A stretch of DNA of 57,557 nucleotides. Source: Halocafeteria seosinensis. Lineage: Eukaryota. Position numbers and translations under genes: made by a program. Numbering within the stretch: position 1 is the stretch's first letter; each line of letters begins with the position of its first letter. The notes below the pieces were generated by a model. It was not told where the DNA came from. It did not search any database and was given only the letters and a program-made list of their open reading frames with translations. The stretch covers positions 1 to 57,557 of the forward strand of contig LVLI01000342.1 in assembly GCA_001687465.1 (NCBI GenBank), in the 5' to 3' direction. Below are positions 22,020-35,425 of this stretch, in pieces.

Positions 22020-24729
22020 TTAGATAGCGGGCATGTGAATCGGTAAGGCGGGGACGTGCCCGACGGCATCAAAGTACTGAATCAAGCGAAGTCCCTTGTT
22101 CTTTACATTGTCTCCCGTAAATCCGAAGTGTGTGTACGCATCCTTGTAGGGGGCAGATACACCATACTGGTCCAGGCAGTGCTGCGCGTGGGAAAATTTG
22201 CCCCAGCCTGTGGAAGCCAATGCTTCCACAGCGAGCGTGGGTACACCTTCCGGAAGCACACTCTTCCTGTACAAAATGGAAAAACAAGTTGAAACCCCTC
22301 GACCCAAGGTACTAACAACAACAATGGCGGGCTTACCTGTACTCTCTGTCCTGTTGCTCAAAGACTTCCCATGAAAGCAGAGAGACGACGCATGCCCTCT
22401 TCCCATTTTCAGAGAGCTGCTTCGCGCCATCTATAGCGATGGATACTTCAGACCCAGTTGAGACGATAACAATGTCAGGCTTTCCTCCAGAACCTACTCC
22501 GGCGGTGTCGAACACTTGGTAGCCCCCATGCTTGGCCTTCTCACGAGAGCTATCCAAATGCGGTAAATTCTGCCGAGAGAGGGCTAAAACAGAAGGATGG
22601 TGAGCGTCTCGTATTGCCAATTCATACGCGGCCGCAACTTCATTTCCATCAGCTGGCCGGAACACTGTCATTTTGGGCATTGCTCGGAGCATACTCAACA
22701 TTTCAATAGGTTGGTGAGTCGGTCCATCCTCTCCTAACCCAATGGAGTCATGTGTTGCCACGAAAATTAGTCCGAACCCACTGATAGCAGACAGTCTTGT
22801 GGAACCAGCAGCATATCCGATAAAATTGAGGAAGGTAGCGACGAATGGACGGAGTGCGCCGTAGGCAAAGATACCATTCCCAATTGCTGTCATCCCATGC
22901 TCACGTACGCCAAACCGGAGATATCTACCAATGGGACTCTCCTGTAGCAACATATGGCAGCAAACATCATTTGCTGACTCAATTACTACATTCAGACTTC
23001 GTACCCACCTTCGAAAAATTGCCACTGCATTTTAGTTCAGTCTTGTTCGACGGAGTCAAATCTGCTGACCCTCCAATCAGTTCAGGGACCTTTTCCGCAA
23101 GAGCATTGAGGACTTTGCCAGAGGTGCTTCTGTTGAAAGATAGCTGCAATGATGACGATGGGAAAAAAATACTCAGCGTGTGTTCCTCTTCTTACCTAGT
23201 TGCTTCATCTTTGTCGCTCGTTGAGAATGCAGGTAGGCATTTCTCCCAGCCTTCAGGCAATTCTCCCCGAATACGTCGCTGCAGCTCCTTAGCCTTTTCT
23301 GGATATGCTTTTGCATATCGTTGGAACAGGTCGTTCCATTCCTGCTCTCGGGCCGCGCCTTTGTCACCGGCCGACTTGTAAAATTTGGCCACCTGGACTT
23401 CCGGGTATACACAATTTGGCTTGATAATAAAGGCATGTCCGTGCAGCAAAAGTAAGCACGAACCTCTTCAGGAATAACGAAAGACTCATCGGGGTTGAAA
23501 CCAAACTTAGTCTTGAGCTGACGAAGCGCCTCCTCGTCCAGGGGTGATCCGTGGACATCTGCAGTAGCATAATAATGAGTTCTATTCGGCACCCTAAACA
23601 GCTTTTCAAGTGTAAGTTTCCTACCGGCAGTGTTTTCTTTCGTTGTACCAAAGCCAATGTAAGTCTTTATTGCTATCATGCTCGGCTTGTCGGTAACGTT
23701 TTTCGCATTCTCGATGGCCTGCGCAATGCCCTTGAGATCACGATTACCGTCGGTTACTCTCTGAACATGCCACCCATATGCTTCGTAGCGCTTCAGCACA
23801 TCCTCAGAAAACGAAAGCTCCGTCTTGCCGTCGATGGAAATTTGGTTGTCATCGTACAGGGCAATCAATTTTCCCAGGCCTAAGTGGCCTGCCAGAGAAG
23901 ATGCCTCGCTCGAAACACCTTCTTGCAGGTCGCCATCGCTGCATATAGTGAATATGTGGTTATCGATCAGTTTCATGTCGTCACTATTGAATTCCGCCTC
24001 CAGATGTTTTTCTGCCAGCGCCATCCCCACAGAGTTGGAAATCCCCTGTCCGAGCGGCCCAGTCGACACTTCAATAGCGGGATGAAGCTCATTCTCGGGA
24101 TGACCAGCCGTGCTGAAGGAGTTAGAACAAGCGAGTCAATGGTCTATATGGGGAATTCAGCTAGCGACACTGGCTTACATGCTTCCCAGTTTACGGAACT
24201 TCTTCAGTTGTTCCATGGGCATGTCATAGCCCGTCAAATGCAGCATAGTGTACTGAAGAGCACATGCGTGGCCGTTCGACAATACAAATCGGTCCCGATT
24301 GAACTGCATTAGCCATAACGGCAAACATCATAGTTGGAGTTTAGCGTTCCCGTAACACGTAATTGATCGGATTCCATGGAAGGGAACCTCTAAGGGGCCG
24401 GCACCATTATACACCAATAGACTTACCCATTGCGGATTCTTGGGGTTGTATTTCATCACATGTCCCCACAATACATGGGCAATGGGAGCACAGCCCATGG
24501 GCGCTCCTGCAGCAACAAGTATAAAGCAAAGGGGAAGATGTTCCATGGACACTTGGAGAACAAAAGATTTCGCTGTTTTTCGAGTCATTTACGCACCTGG
24601 ATGCCCACTTTTGGCATTGGTAGTGATGTCTCCGGCAAGAACACGGATCGTATTCACACAGTTGGCTGTGGTTTTGTCTTCATTCACTATGGTATCGTTC
24701 ATTGTCTTGGCTCGTTTTGGTGCACTCAT
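22020..24729 (-). CDS. TKT: Transketolase
   Basis: [66 protein letters not shown]. Multiple GT-AG introns. Confidence 0.97.
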
Positions 24730-25739
24730 ACTCTACGCAAAGATACTCAATACCCAATGGAACGTGTATCGAACAACACAAACACTAAGAAACAGACAGG
24801 AAGACTCTGGCTTACACGGACAAACCAATATTTTGCTACTGAAGTTAGTATCGTATAGTTAGCGCAGGGACTGTAGAACACTCCGTGGAACCAGGCAGCC
24901 TGGTCCAGGCTTCACATACCTGGCGCCGGCAAACCGTTTTATCGGGAGCACCTGTAAGGTGTATCTGAAACAAAACTATTTTTATTTATTTACTATTATG
25001 ATGTATGCAGAGGGATGCATGGGTCCATCAGCTAGTCGATTAAGGCTCCAATATATGAAGGTCACGAAACGGAGCTGCGTAAGTGTGTGTATTATTTTTT
25101 GGATCACTGAGGCAATACAATGAATGCTCCTAAAATGAGCACATACCGCAGAATATCTGGTGGCAGGATTTTCGTTCATATTCGCGGCGATTATTCCATT
25201 TACGTGTACTTGTATAGACACCGTGCCCAGCAAGGGCCTGCTGCCCTTTACGACGTAAAACAATCCTTGGTGTTCCACTTATATTGCTTCCCTTGTAGTT
25301 GCAGTGTGATACTAGTTGTGCATCCTCCGCGTCCGCTGCTGCTGACAGTCGATGTTGCTTTGGCGGGTGACTTTGTTGGCATATTCCGTCCCTTTCGGCA
25401 GCATTAAAAAAGAGAGACGTAGTCAATATAGCACTGTTAATGTTTTTCCTATCATTCAAAACAAGAAATAAACAATTCTGAGCACGAATGGTAAAATAAG
25501 AACCCGCTAAAAAAGGTACACCCTTTTGGCAAGGCTTTTGCGGATTTCTGCATTTGTGAAGCTGAAACGCGCTTTTGACTCAAAAGTTTTGAGGATGTGT
25601 GTGTCTGCCCGCTTCGGAAGACCTATTTTCACCAATACATTAGGAATTGATCTCAACAAAGATAAGGGGTATGGTGCATTGTTCAAGTCTAATGTGATTA
25701 GTATTTCACTAAGTTGAGGTGCGAAAGGATTCGGTGTGC

Positions 25740-27052
25740 GGCAACTCCGTCGCCACTCCCTTGATTTTTTGAGCATCTGTTGGCTCTGGCGACAGACGTA
25801 GAGGACTGCGGAGTTGGTTTTCGGGAAGGAGTGCTCATTACACATTACGCAAATATATGGCCGGATTTCAAAGGCTCTCACTGACCGGAATACCGTCGCA
25901 GGCCACGTTTTCGAGGTCCGACTCGTACGTACATTCACTAGGGACGCCAAGTCCCAAAACTTTCCAGAGAATATCGACGTTAAGTACGTGTATTTGGAGC
26001 TCAATCCTACCCTCATACAAGCACCCGCAAAAGTGCGCACATTTTTTGGATACACCATAGAGTGCTTTCGAGCCGTAACTGTGGCCTGGCTTACAACAGA
26101 GCATGATTGAAGATGCAGAAGCGAGTCCTGTCGATTATAGTGAAGATGTGGCTTCCTTAAGGGACGAGGTTTTAGAAGCTGCTAAATGGTTGCTATGGGT
26201 CCGGTCCGTCATCAGTTTGCTTCATGCTGCTGATAATGGGGCGACTACGCACGAGCAAGCCCGAGATATGAAAGCTCTGGCAACACGACAAACAAGGCCA
26301 CAAGCAGCGAACGGAAAACTGCTTCGGATAAGAGTAAACTGAAGGCGGATTCGCTGTCGCTAGCGAAGGAAGCAATCACTTGCATGAAGGATGGTGGTTG
26401 TCCACGGATGCCGAATGAGCTTGTTCCGTTGGAGAAGCTCGTTGGCACAGCTGAGGGTGCGGGAGTGTATTCGAGTTGTAAACACAAACGAGAATGCCGT
26501 CGATCTTTGCTTGCAACTGCTTAGCGAGGGAGCTTGTATTCCTGTGGCTATGAGAGAGCATGGCATGCTGCTAACTGAACTGAGGGTTGGATGGTGGTCT
26601 AGACGAGCCAAACCATTACCTCAGAACCGTCCTTGCAGAGTCTGAAACGATGTTTAGATAACCTCGAGGCTATAAAGGTGGCCGCTAACAACATGCAAAC
26701 TCATGCATATTCATGTGACACAGCATGTCTTGCTGCAGCATCCGGGTTGGATAAAGAAATAGGACTGGACAAGGTTCTCCGAGCGAAATACCGACAGCGG
26801 GGTCTCCTAGTTAAGGATAAAGTACATCACAGGAAAAGCCGCAGGTTGAAGCTTCCTCAGTTAGTTCCCAAGTCGAGCAGCCGGAAGGTGGTGCGAAGAC
26901 ACAGCCTCAGCCAACAAAGAACACCGCTGAGGAGGGGCCATCCACCAGAGCATCAAGGCGCACTGGGCGCAGGTTAGAGGCGGGTGAGGAAGTCCAAAGC
27001 TCAGGTACTAGGAAAGAGGGTGGCGGCGAGTCCAGATCGAGAGAGAGAGAGA

Positions 27053-27091
<39 letters not shown>

Positions 27092-29092
27092 AAGCAAGGA
27101 TGAGGTCTCTCTGGATATGAGTGATGCTTCATGGTGGCTCGCTCCTGTGGAAGAGTACAGCGTTTCGGGTAGAATCAAACGCTGCGAACATTATCTAAAA
27201 CGCTAGAACATTGGATATGGATTAAACAAGCTTCAAGAGCGCTGCAAACCAGACCTAAAATGGAAACTGTCAACGACTTATTTGAGGGGCGCTCGAGCTG
27301 GGTAAGCGATATGGACCCATATATCTGACGTTTGGAAGTTCTAAAAAAGAAGGTGAAGCATGGTTTTCTTCGGCTGTACCGGTCCTCTCGAGAGTTGCAA
27401 ATTGCTTAGAGGAAGTGCTTTTTACAGGGCGTTCCAGTCTTCCTCCCCCAAATGGCGCTATACTGTCCTACAGGAAGCTATTAGAGGAATACAGGTCGTC
27501 GCTCCAACTAAGTGTAGTGCCCTCAGCAGAATTGTTGCTACAGAAGGCCGAAAGTAGATGCGATACTTGGCTTCGCACTGTAGCGTCGGCATTTGATGGC
27601 CATCAGCTAAATCCATCTCCATTTTTGGAGTTAGCGCGACGTTATGCAAGGTCCACCAGCACGAGTAAGACTGCAAGTAAAGGAGCAAGGTCAAAGAAAA
27701 AATTTCGCGAAGAATCCCAGTAAGAAGAAGGATGCGCCAAGCGAATCGGAGCTCGAAAATTTACAGCACAGTAAAGTATCTGAGACATGAGTCATGGGTA
27801 TCGAAGTGGAGGAATTACCAGAAGCCGCCAGCGGAGATTATGTAGTAGAGAATGCTCCCATACATTTCGGACGGGAGCTTCTATTGGACGGCATTTTGCC
27901 TGCTATTGGAAGGAAGTTGCAAGGACAAAGTTCACAGCAAGATTTCTTGAGCAAGCAGGTACACACGCTCCTGAATGAGCTGTCACTGTCCCAGTCGGAG
28001 GAAGAGGTTCAAGCGATGAGGTCTAAGGAGGAGGTCGTCCGAAAGCTTGCTGGATACTCTCATCATATTCCTGTAAATGTGGGTGCTGCGCAAGCTTGGC
28101 TCCACAAACACCTTAATTTGAGTTCCGTATGGAAAGCCTACCTTCTTGCGAAATTAAGGCAGCATAACCTGTTCTTGGAAGTGAGCTCTTTTTCTCCTAC
28201 AGAGGTTTTAAAATGCTTTTTGTAACAAATAGAACGAGAAAGCTCTTACTTGAAATCTCCGCGCTGAAGGCGAATATATGCGTTTCTTCAAACGAAAGAC
28301 TGTAGTGTCCTGCGCCGTGGCATTTCATGACTGGAACTCCCGTGTTGTTGACATTATTGAGAAATTCGACCAAGTCATTGCCGTCATTGGAAAGAGCTGC
28401 ACACAATTCCACACACTATTGAGTAGTCCGCTTGACTCCTTTGATGGCGTCTCAGAGGCGGTTCTGAAGATGGAAGGATAGGAGAGGGAGCATGCCCATG
28501 TCAAGGAGAACAAGAAGAAAGTCAAAAATACGAAGAAGCTCTGGGATTTTTGCGTCCTGGTTTGAACCCGGAATCTACTGCGTGACAGAATACACGCGCA
28601 GAAGTTCTCGCGAGGAAGCAGTGGGTCAACAGACTAATGGAGGTGCTTTGAAATCTTTATGTTCTTCTCTACGATCGTTACCACAGCATCAAGTAGAGGT
28701 CCTCACAGCACTAGAGGGTATTTCCTCTGTGTGTGGCGTTACTGAACAGAAGTTCCGATACTTCTCCCTGGGGTGGATGAAAGTCTCGAGAGCGTTCGAG
28801 ACTCAAGCGTTTGGAGTTAAATCCTGTGTCAGCAAGTGAATCCGAGCAGGAAGATATCAAAAAGCTTTCGCTCGGCGACATGGAACTTGATGTGATAGAG
28901 AAAGAAACCTTTGATGATTTACTTTCAGAGGGAGAGTCTGTGCTGCAACACATCCAAAACTATCTCGATTGGGATCGTTTTGATGTAGATGATAATCCTC
29001 AAATGACTAGGCTCAGTACGTTAGGGGAGCACTACGACACCTGGGAGACAACTGTATGGAAACGCCTGGCGTCAACACCAGGGCAAGATTAA
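25740..29092 (+). pseudogene. Decayed gene with PLU-1-like (KDM5/JARID1-type) helical repeats
   Basis: Fragments in shifting frames match the PLU-1 pattern LLxEAxxxPVxxxExxxLxxxxxxAxxW: IEDAEASPVDYSEDVASLRDEVLEAAKWL, LLSEGACIPVAMREHGMLLTELRVGWWSRRA, EHWIWIKQASRALQTRP, LLQKAESRCDTWLRTV. Many frameshifts and stops not explained by splice sites. Confidence 0.6.
27039..27089. repeat. (GA)n microsatellite
   Basis: About 25 GA units with one interruption, flanked by agatc on both sides. Confidence 0.95.
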
Positions 29093-29193
29093 TCGAATGC
29101 ACAAGAAGGAGTACATGGTTTGTCTCTACCTTTTGCATTTATTAATTGCTCTAACGGCTGTGCCATGATTCATACTTGACTACCGTTGTCTGT

Positions 29194-29259
29194 CTCCTCG
29201 TTAAGAGAATGTGGTCAACTCCCCGGCCGGTGGGCTATCTGTCACATGTGCGTGTGTGT
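29194..29259 (+). mobile_element. Second copy of the retroelement 3' tail seen at 2247-2335
   Basis: ctcctcgttaagagaatgtggtcaactccccggccggtgggctatctgtcacat+gtgcgtgtgtgt matches ctcctcgttaagagggtgcggtcaactccccggccggtgg(ccggcggtgg)gctatctgtcacat...(tg)n. Confidence 0.85.
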
Positions 29260-29656
29260 CCACTCCCACTTCCCCGTACCTCGTACCATTTGTCCGGAAC
29301 AAATTTTTTTGTGCCCGTGAGAAGAATCCAGCGGCGCAAATTTTGTTTCCTTTAACCTTGAGATTCGCAAAGTCCGGATGAGGGGGGGTATTGTACAATT
29401 TGTACAACCCCGAGTAAAGGCACCCGCGACTCGGGTGAGTTCAAATTGTAGCACTGGGTAACCCCTTAGTCTAGGTGGACCAGGACCCTTATAATAGGGC
29501 CTTATTTAGTCATGTTGGGACCCAGTTGGGTTGAAGTTTCCGGAGCCCAGAATTTGACTCGACAGAAGTTTATTGGAAGGCATAGAATTGTCCGACCAGA
29601 CGAATCAGGCCACTACTGCAATGCATTGTCATTCATCTGGCATCTTTTCTGGCACA

Positions 29657-30295
29657 ATGGCGCATGAGCGAGCAGAAGACAGCAAAGAACGAGCCATGGA
29701 CAAGAGCGAGGAGGCCGTTAAAAAGTCAAACGACACTACATGTAGTGGTACCACTCCAGGACAGGATTCTCGGTCCAATGCACAGTCAAAAGAGAAATCT
29801 AAGCAGGAGCCCAGTAGGACTAGGAATGGAAGAGCCGACCAAAATGGTAGCGACGAGAGTGGTGGAGGGAACCAGCAGTCAACCAGCCCCGCACGCCCAT
29901 CTCCACGAAGGAAGAAGTATACTGCAAAATTGAGAAGGACCAACAGTGCCGATAGCGACACAACGAATCAATCAACAGACTCTTACTCGACAAGTTCGAA
30001 ACGAACAGAAGAAAGCCCGCCAACTCGATCGACGGCGAGGAAGCGTGGAAGAACACAAGCTCAAGACGAGGAGCTCATGGACGCTCAATTGCATGTTCTA
30101 AAGCGTGTTAAGCAAATAAAAGGTATGCGCTTTGCTTCGAACCAAGTATAAGTGGATTCTCTTAGTAACAAATAAGACGCCTTGTCGGTGTTCCGTACAG
30201 ATTATCACAAAGATAAACATGGCAGGCGAGGAGCAATCTGTGTCGGAGGGGAATCAATGGTTGACGCGTTGACGGAAAGTCTGCGGGATACTTGA
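29657..30295 (+). CDS. Small hydrophilic disordered protein, 2 exons, with C-terminal GRRGAI motif
   Basis: ORF from ATG 29657 (alternative 29621). Intron 30123-30200 (gtatgc...tacag). Exon 2 reads DYHKDKHGRRGAICVGGESMVDALTESLRDT*. Confidence 0.65.
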
Positions 30296-30356
30296 TGGTA
30301 AATTGCTGCACGGTAACCTATGGGCATATAGGAACAAATAGTCTGGTGAATTGGAT

Positions 30357-33300
30357 TTAGCTCTGAGTCCCTGACAAGCTCGAAGAGCGCTGTTTCGTAA
30401 GAGTCCCGTGTTGCTCTGAAGCCTGTTTGTTGGATGAAACGTTGGTTCCACGTAATGTCTGGAGATCCGTCACACATCGTCCAGCAGGCCCTAGGTTTTC
30501 ATGGTCTTCCGTTTTTCCCGTTTGAAGACGACTTCCGTACTTGCCAGTGCCTTGAGGACTATGCGGCAAGCTGGAAACGTTCTGGCCCATGCTTTCGGAG
30601 CGGCGGGGACCACCAACAGTGTACGGAAGCTTCGCTTCTGAGGCCCGGCGACTAAGCTTATACAGGACGTAGCGAGCTCTGGTTGACGGTGTCATATACT
30701 GGCAGAGCTCATGCTCATGATTGTTGACGTAAAGCTCGTCCAATACAGACTCTGCTTCTAAGTATCCTAATGTCATGATCTCAGATAGCTTATGATAATC
30801 TAGTAGGGCAAAGTCTTGTACGTCAGGCTGAATATAGAGGAAAGTATTGTCTCCAGCTGCCTCAGCTTTACTCAAAATATCCTTGATAGCCATGGTATGG
30901 GAAATGTAACTGAGCTTCAGCGTAATCAGAGAAGTAGAGGGGATATGTACCTTCTCTCCTAAACCCAACCAAGAAAGTATCACTTTACCAGCTAAGTACC
31001 ACCCCGAAATATGATCCCCATAATTGGTTACATTCTCCAAGGCGGAATTATCTTTATTTTCAACGTCAACGGCAAGCACTGTAGAGACGCTCGGACATAT
31101 CTTACGCATAACATCCACGGGCAAGTTATTGACATATCCTCCATCCACCAAAATACTACCATCAACATCCAGCATTGGCGGTAATAAGCCCATCACAGTC
31201 ATACTAGCCCTAGCATATCTCCATAGCGGCCCCGTTTGGTGCACATCCATTCTATCCTTCGTAACATTGGTTGTTACGCAAAAGTACTTAATCCAAAGAT
31301 CTTCTATCTGAGTATCACCAAGCGCTTGCTGCAGCAACACGTTGAAAGACTCCCCACTGAAGTAAGATATAATGGGAAGCGTCAGACTTTGGACCACACC
31401 CCACGTGCTCCCAATGCGGTTGGACAATATCCTCGCAGCCGTCATTACAGTCGAGGAGGTAAGGCCTTTTGCGTAGGCCCCACCCATGAATGCACCTTGA
31501 GAAGTACCACCGATAAAATCAATGGGGACTCCGCGAGCCTCCAAGGATCGGATGATGCCTAAATGTGCGAGCCCGCGGCTGCCTCCACCGCTCAACACAA
31601 CACCGACAGCTTTACCGGCAATAAACCGTGCCAGGCGACCATAGTCACCCAGCTCCCCGAGACGGACGTGATGGTGCCAGCCGACAGGTCTACGTCGCAA
31701 CCAATCGCGCGTATTGCGAGGTGGCTGTGAACTATCAGGATGCAGGAGAACAAGTTCCCTCTTGCAAAACGTCCGCGGAATGTACAAAGGTTTACCGTTT
31801 TCTTGGATTACTTTCGTAAACATGATACATCGCTCGACTGAGGACAACTCAGCCGAGGTATGAGCCTGTCCGACCAGCAAAGCAAGATCGCAATGTTGAA
31901 CTGCCATCTTGGTCCAAGCTGTACAACTGGGATCTGTTTCCATCACAACAAATCGATGTGACTCTTCTTTAGCTGAGAGCCACGCAGCAACTCGCGCCCT
32001 CTCAAATAAGAGGTTCACTCTCGCAGTCGTCCCCTCTCCCAGTCGCCTATCTATAGTGTTACTGTTGACATGGATAACTGAGCCAAACGTACGTAAACGT
32101 TGGCATACCGTGGCAGTGAACGCAGATACAACAGACGGCGCGGGTAGCGATCCTCCTGCGTGGACAATTGCTATGGTTACAATGGAAGAGCTTGTTCGGG
32201 GAGAGCTCACCGTCTGTCCTGGGACATTCTTGGGATCAGTCGGAGTCTTGAACGCCTCCATCAGTTGGTTCCTGGGTCGGTAGTGTGAGCGTTTTGCCAT
32301 CCTCTGCATTCTACTGAAGTCCAGCCTAGAGTGGAATGGCTGTCTACTTAATCGAGGCAACGACACTTCAGAAGAGGGACTACCATTTGAGAGATGATTA
32401 ACGAGGGAGAGATACCGTTGAGCTAAAATGGCAGTAAACTGTTTCATCACAACGGGGAATAGCGTAGATAAGCGATCAAATGCTTCTGGTGTGATGCGTA
32501 CTAGCTCACAATCACGGACACAAATAGCTGTATGCTCCCGTTCTTCTCGTTCTAGCAGCACAGAAAGTTCCCCAATGCTCTCGCCCCTCGCTACCTCGAC
32601 ACGGAAGCCGGAGCCGTCTCCGTGGCTATAGTTGCCTTGTTCTGCTTTTGAACGATTACCATGTGCACCGCGGTGCTTCTCAGATGGCCGCGGTGCCTTG
32701 GTATTACTTGTATCATAACCAGGAGGGAAATCAAATTGGGCGGTGCCATGACGTAAGAACTTCCCTCTTTGCATGTGGAAATGGGGCCGGCGACTGTCCT
32801 TTTTCACATTTGAGCCTTCAAGGTTAGTATACGCCCTCAAGCGGCCGTGTATCACAAGGTACATTCCGTCGGATGGCTCGTCTTTCCTGTACAAGACATC
32901 CCCTGAGCGCAGCCATACGCGCTGCAGTCCAAGGCCAAGATGGAGACGCAGTAAAGGAGTTAAGGCCCTCCCAATTATTAGCGCAATATCGAGTAGTACT
33001 TTTATCCGGCTTGAATCAGCAACAGGAAGGTCTTCAACGCCTAAATCGCTGAACTTGCGCCGGGAAAAGACGGCCCACCGACACTTTGAACTCGCTCGCA
33101 TTGTTTCTCTTTGCGGTATGTCCACAAAACAGGATATTCCTCCCGCAATACTCCCTTCTACTAAACGGCCGGCAGTCTTCCAGCCTTCGCTATCATCGGC
33201 TTTTCCTGAAGCGGGGACCAAAGCATCAGCCTTCCCGTCAAGCAAGATGTACACAGAGTCAGCTCTGTCCCCAATATGGTACAGCGATTCTCCGGCGTTG

Positions 33301-35365
33301 AGAGTTAGTACCGACGATGCTGCGGTCTCCGTAATTGTCTTCGTAGACTCAATCCTTGGATAAGAGCACCGTTTTAACCCGGCAATGTCTTCCTGAGGAT
33401 CTTTCGACTCGCCGTCGGACTTAGATTTGTTGAAATCGAATTTAGGATGTGGCCATTCCTCTGCGGACGCTTCGAACGCACCCGGTAGGCCTAGATACTC
33501 CACCAGAGTAAGATATGCAACACGCCATTGTCGGGAAGTCGTTATAAGGATGAAGGACACTAACGCCTGTGGATATTGATCTGCAAGCCAGCAAAAGAGT
33601 TCATCATTTACTTGAAGCATTTCCGCACCATCTTCACCAGCTACAGCGGTTACCGCCCTTGTTGCCCCTGGTCCTTCCAACAAAGCGTTTTCACCGATAC
33701 TCTGGCCTGATCGGAAAGAGCAAAGATACCGACGGTTCGGAGACAGATCCTTGGGGGATTGACTCAATAACCGTGGAGTTGTATCTTCGTACTCAGAGTC
33801 AAGTTCGTCTATGTCCAGCATTTCCCCATAAACATGCTTCAACGCGGGAAGCAGTGTATGCATCTCCTTTGCGGCACTGGTTTCCGCTGCGTTTCCCGGA
33901 TGCGCGCTATTGTCGGCGTAGATGTCCAGTCTGCCACCAGTAATAATATACATGCCGTCGGTGGCCTCCCCGTTTGCTTTGAAAAGAACTTCACCAGGCT
34001 CTAAATGAACTTCGCGCATCTTCTGGTAGGCAGAAACGGTAACATCCAATGAAATACCTTGAATGGTGTGCTCGAACATTCGAAGTACCCTGAGCCCCTG
34101 CCTACCAAGGGTGGCTGCGAGCCTTTCATCCGTTGCTGCTAACACTGCTGTATCAGCTTCGTCTTGTTCTTCTCTAGCACCAGCAACTTTCTCTCGCAGT
34201 AATTCCTCTCTGTCTTCTGGTTCACTTCCGTCTCGATCTTGGGAATCAGCCGACGAGGACACGGTTTCGCTGTCTGCATAAGTTTTCAAGGTATCCTTGG
34301 AGCTCCCTCCCTGAATATCCATAGAGCAGAAAGGCAATTGATGGTTGAGTTTTCAAAAAACAATAGAATACACCATAACAAGTTAAGGACGCGTCCACTT
34401 ACCGAGGAAGCATGAGCTGCGCTCCCATCAGGAAATGATTGGGTGCGCGTATGGAGTTTCTTCCAAGAACGACGGCGACGCTTGTTCAAAGAAGTCGCTA
34501 CTGGCTCCTCTGACGGGTAGGCTACAAGACTATCAGAAGGATCAAGACTTCCTTTGCGATTGAATTGGAACTGTGATGAAGTAGGGGAAGGACGTTCCGA
34601 CGAGGTTGACTGAAGCTCTGTGACCCAAGAAACACACTTACCAACCAGTGCTGCAGTTTTTGGTTTCCTTTAATAATTCCCCAAATTCCTGCCACAACGC
34701 TGATATAAAACTGCCATCGATGCCGTGCAATATATCCCGCGATACGCTTTGTCCACGATGAATTCACCTGAGACAGCAAATATACGACCCCCCACCGAGG
34801 GGATCGGCGGGACAATCCCATGGCCCTTCGTCTCCTGCGAAGTGAAACAAGACAGCGGCATTTTCCAACCAAAACAGGGAAGTAGCAGGTGCTTTGCCTA
34901 GTGCACATACCTATCCCTATGCCATAATAGTAGCATCAAAGACAGCATTACTACCCAGAAACAAACTCGTTTCCCGTCTTTGACAAACCAGAGGGTTCCA
35001 GATTCTTCCACTTCTCCGTCACTGCGGGCATCCTCGGAGGGTGTAGTGAACGGAGGTGTGTGATCTCCACTGGCATCATCACCGGAATACTCGAATTCTG
35101 AGTGGTTATGAGGCAAAGCTCCTGCTGCATGAGGTGGTGGGAGCTCATTGCCCTCGAATTCTTCGTCTCGTTTCTCCCGATTCCCGAGTCTTTGGTTAGT
35201 CGGGGCGTTCTCGGTGGACGCATACGCGTTGGGGGAATGGATATCCACCCCGGTATACTGGCTAGCATGGTCCTGGGAGTGGTGGATGGAGCTAGAGCCT
35301 TCCACCCCTGGCCAAGAAGCCTGCTCTCGAGTAGCTGGGAACGGATGATTATGATTGTCCGCCAT
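30357..35365 (-). CDS. NTE1: Neuropathy target esterase / PNPLA6-7 family lysophospholipase (TM + 3 cNMP-binding domains + patatin)
   Basis: Patatin motifs LSGGGSRGLAH, GGTSQG and LVDGGYVNN. cNMP-domain motifs (GESIGE, GQSIGE). N-terminal TM segment VCFWVVMLSLMLLLW. Three 5' introns. Confidence 0.93.
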
Positions 35366-35389
35366 TGATACCACAAACAAACAAGCAAA

Positions 35390-35425
<36 letters not shown>

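Noticed and set aside
24860..25500. Short ORFs upstream of transketolase
   Set aside because: No recognisable motifs or consistent exon chain, so left unannotated.
25740..29092. Alternative genetic code or programmed frameshifting as the cause of the broken ORFs
   Set aside because: Neighbouring genes end at TAA, TAG and TGA normally, and the breaks show no recurring slippery motif.
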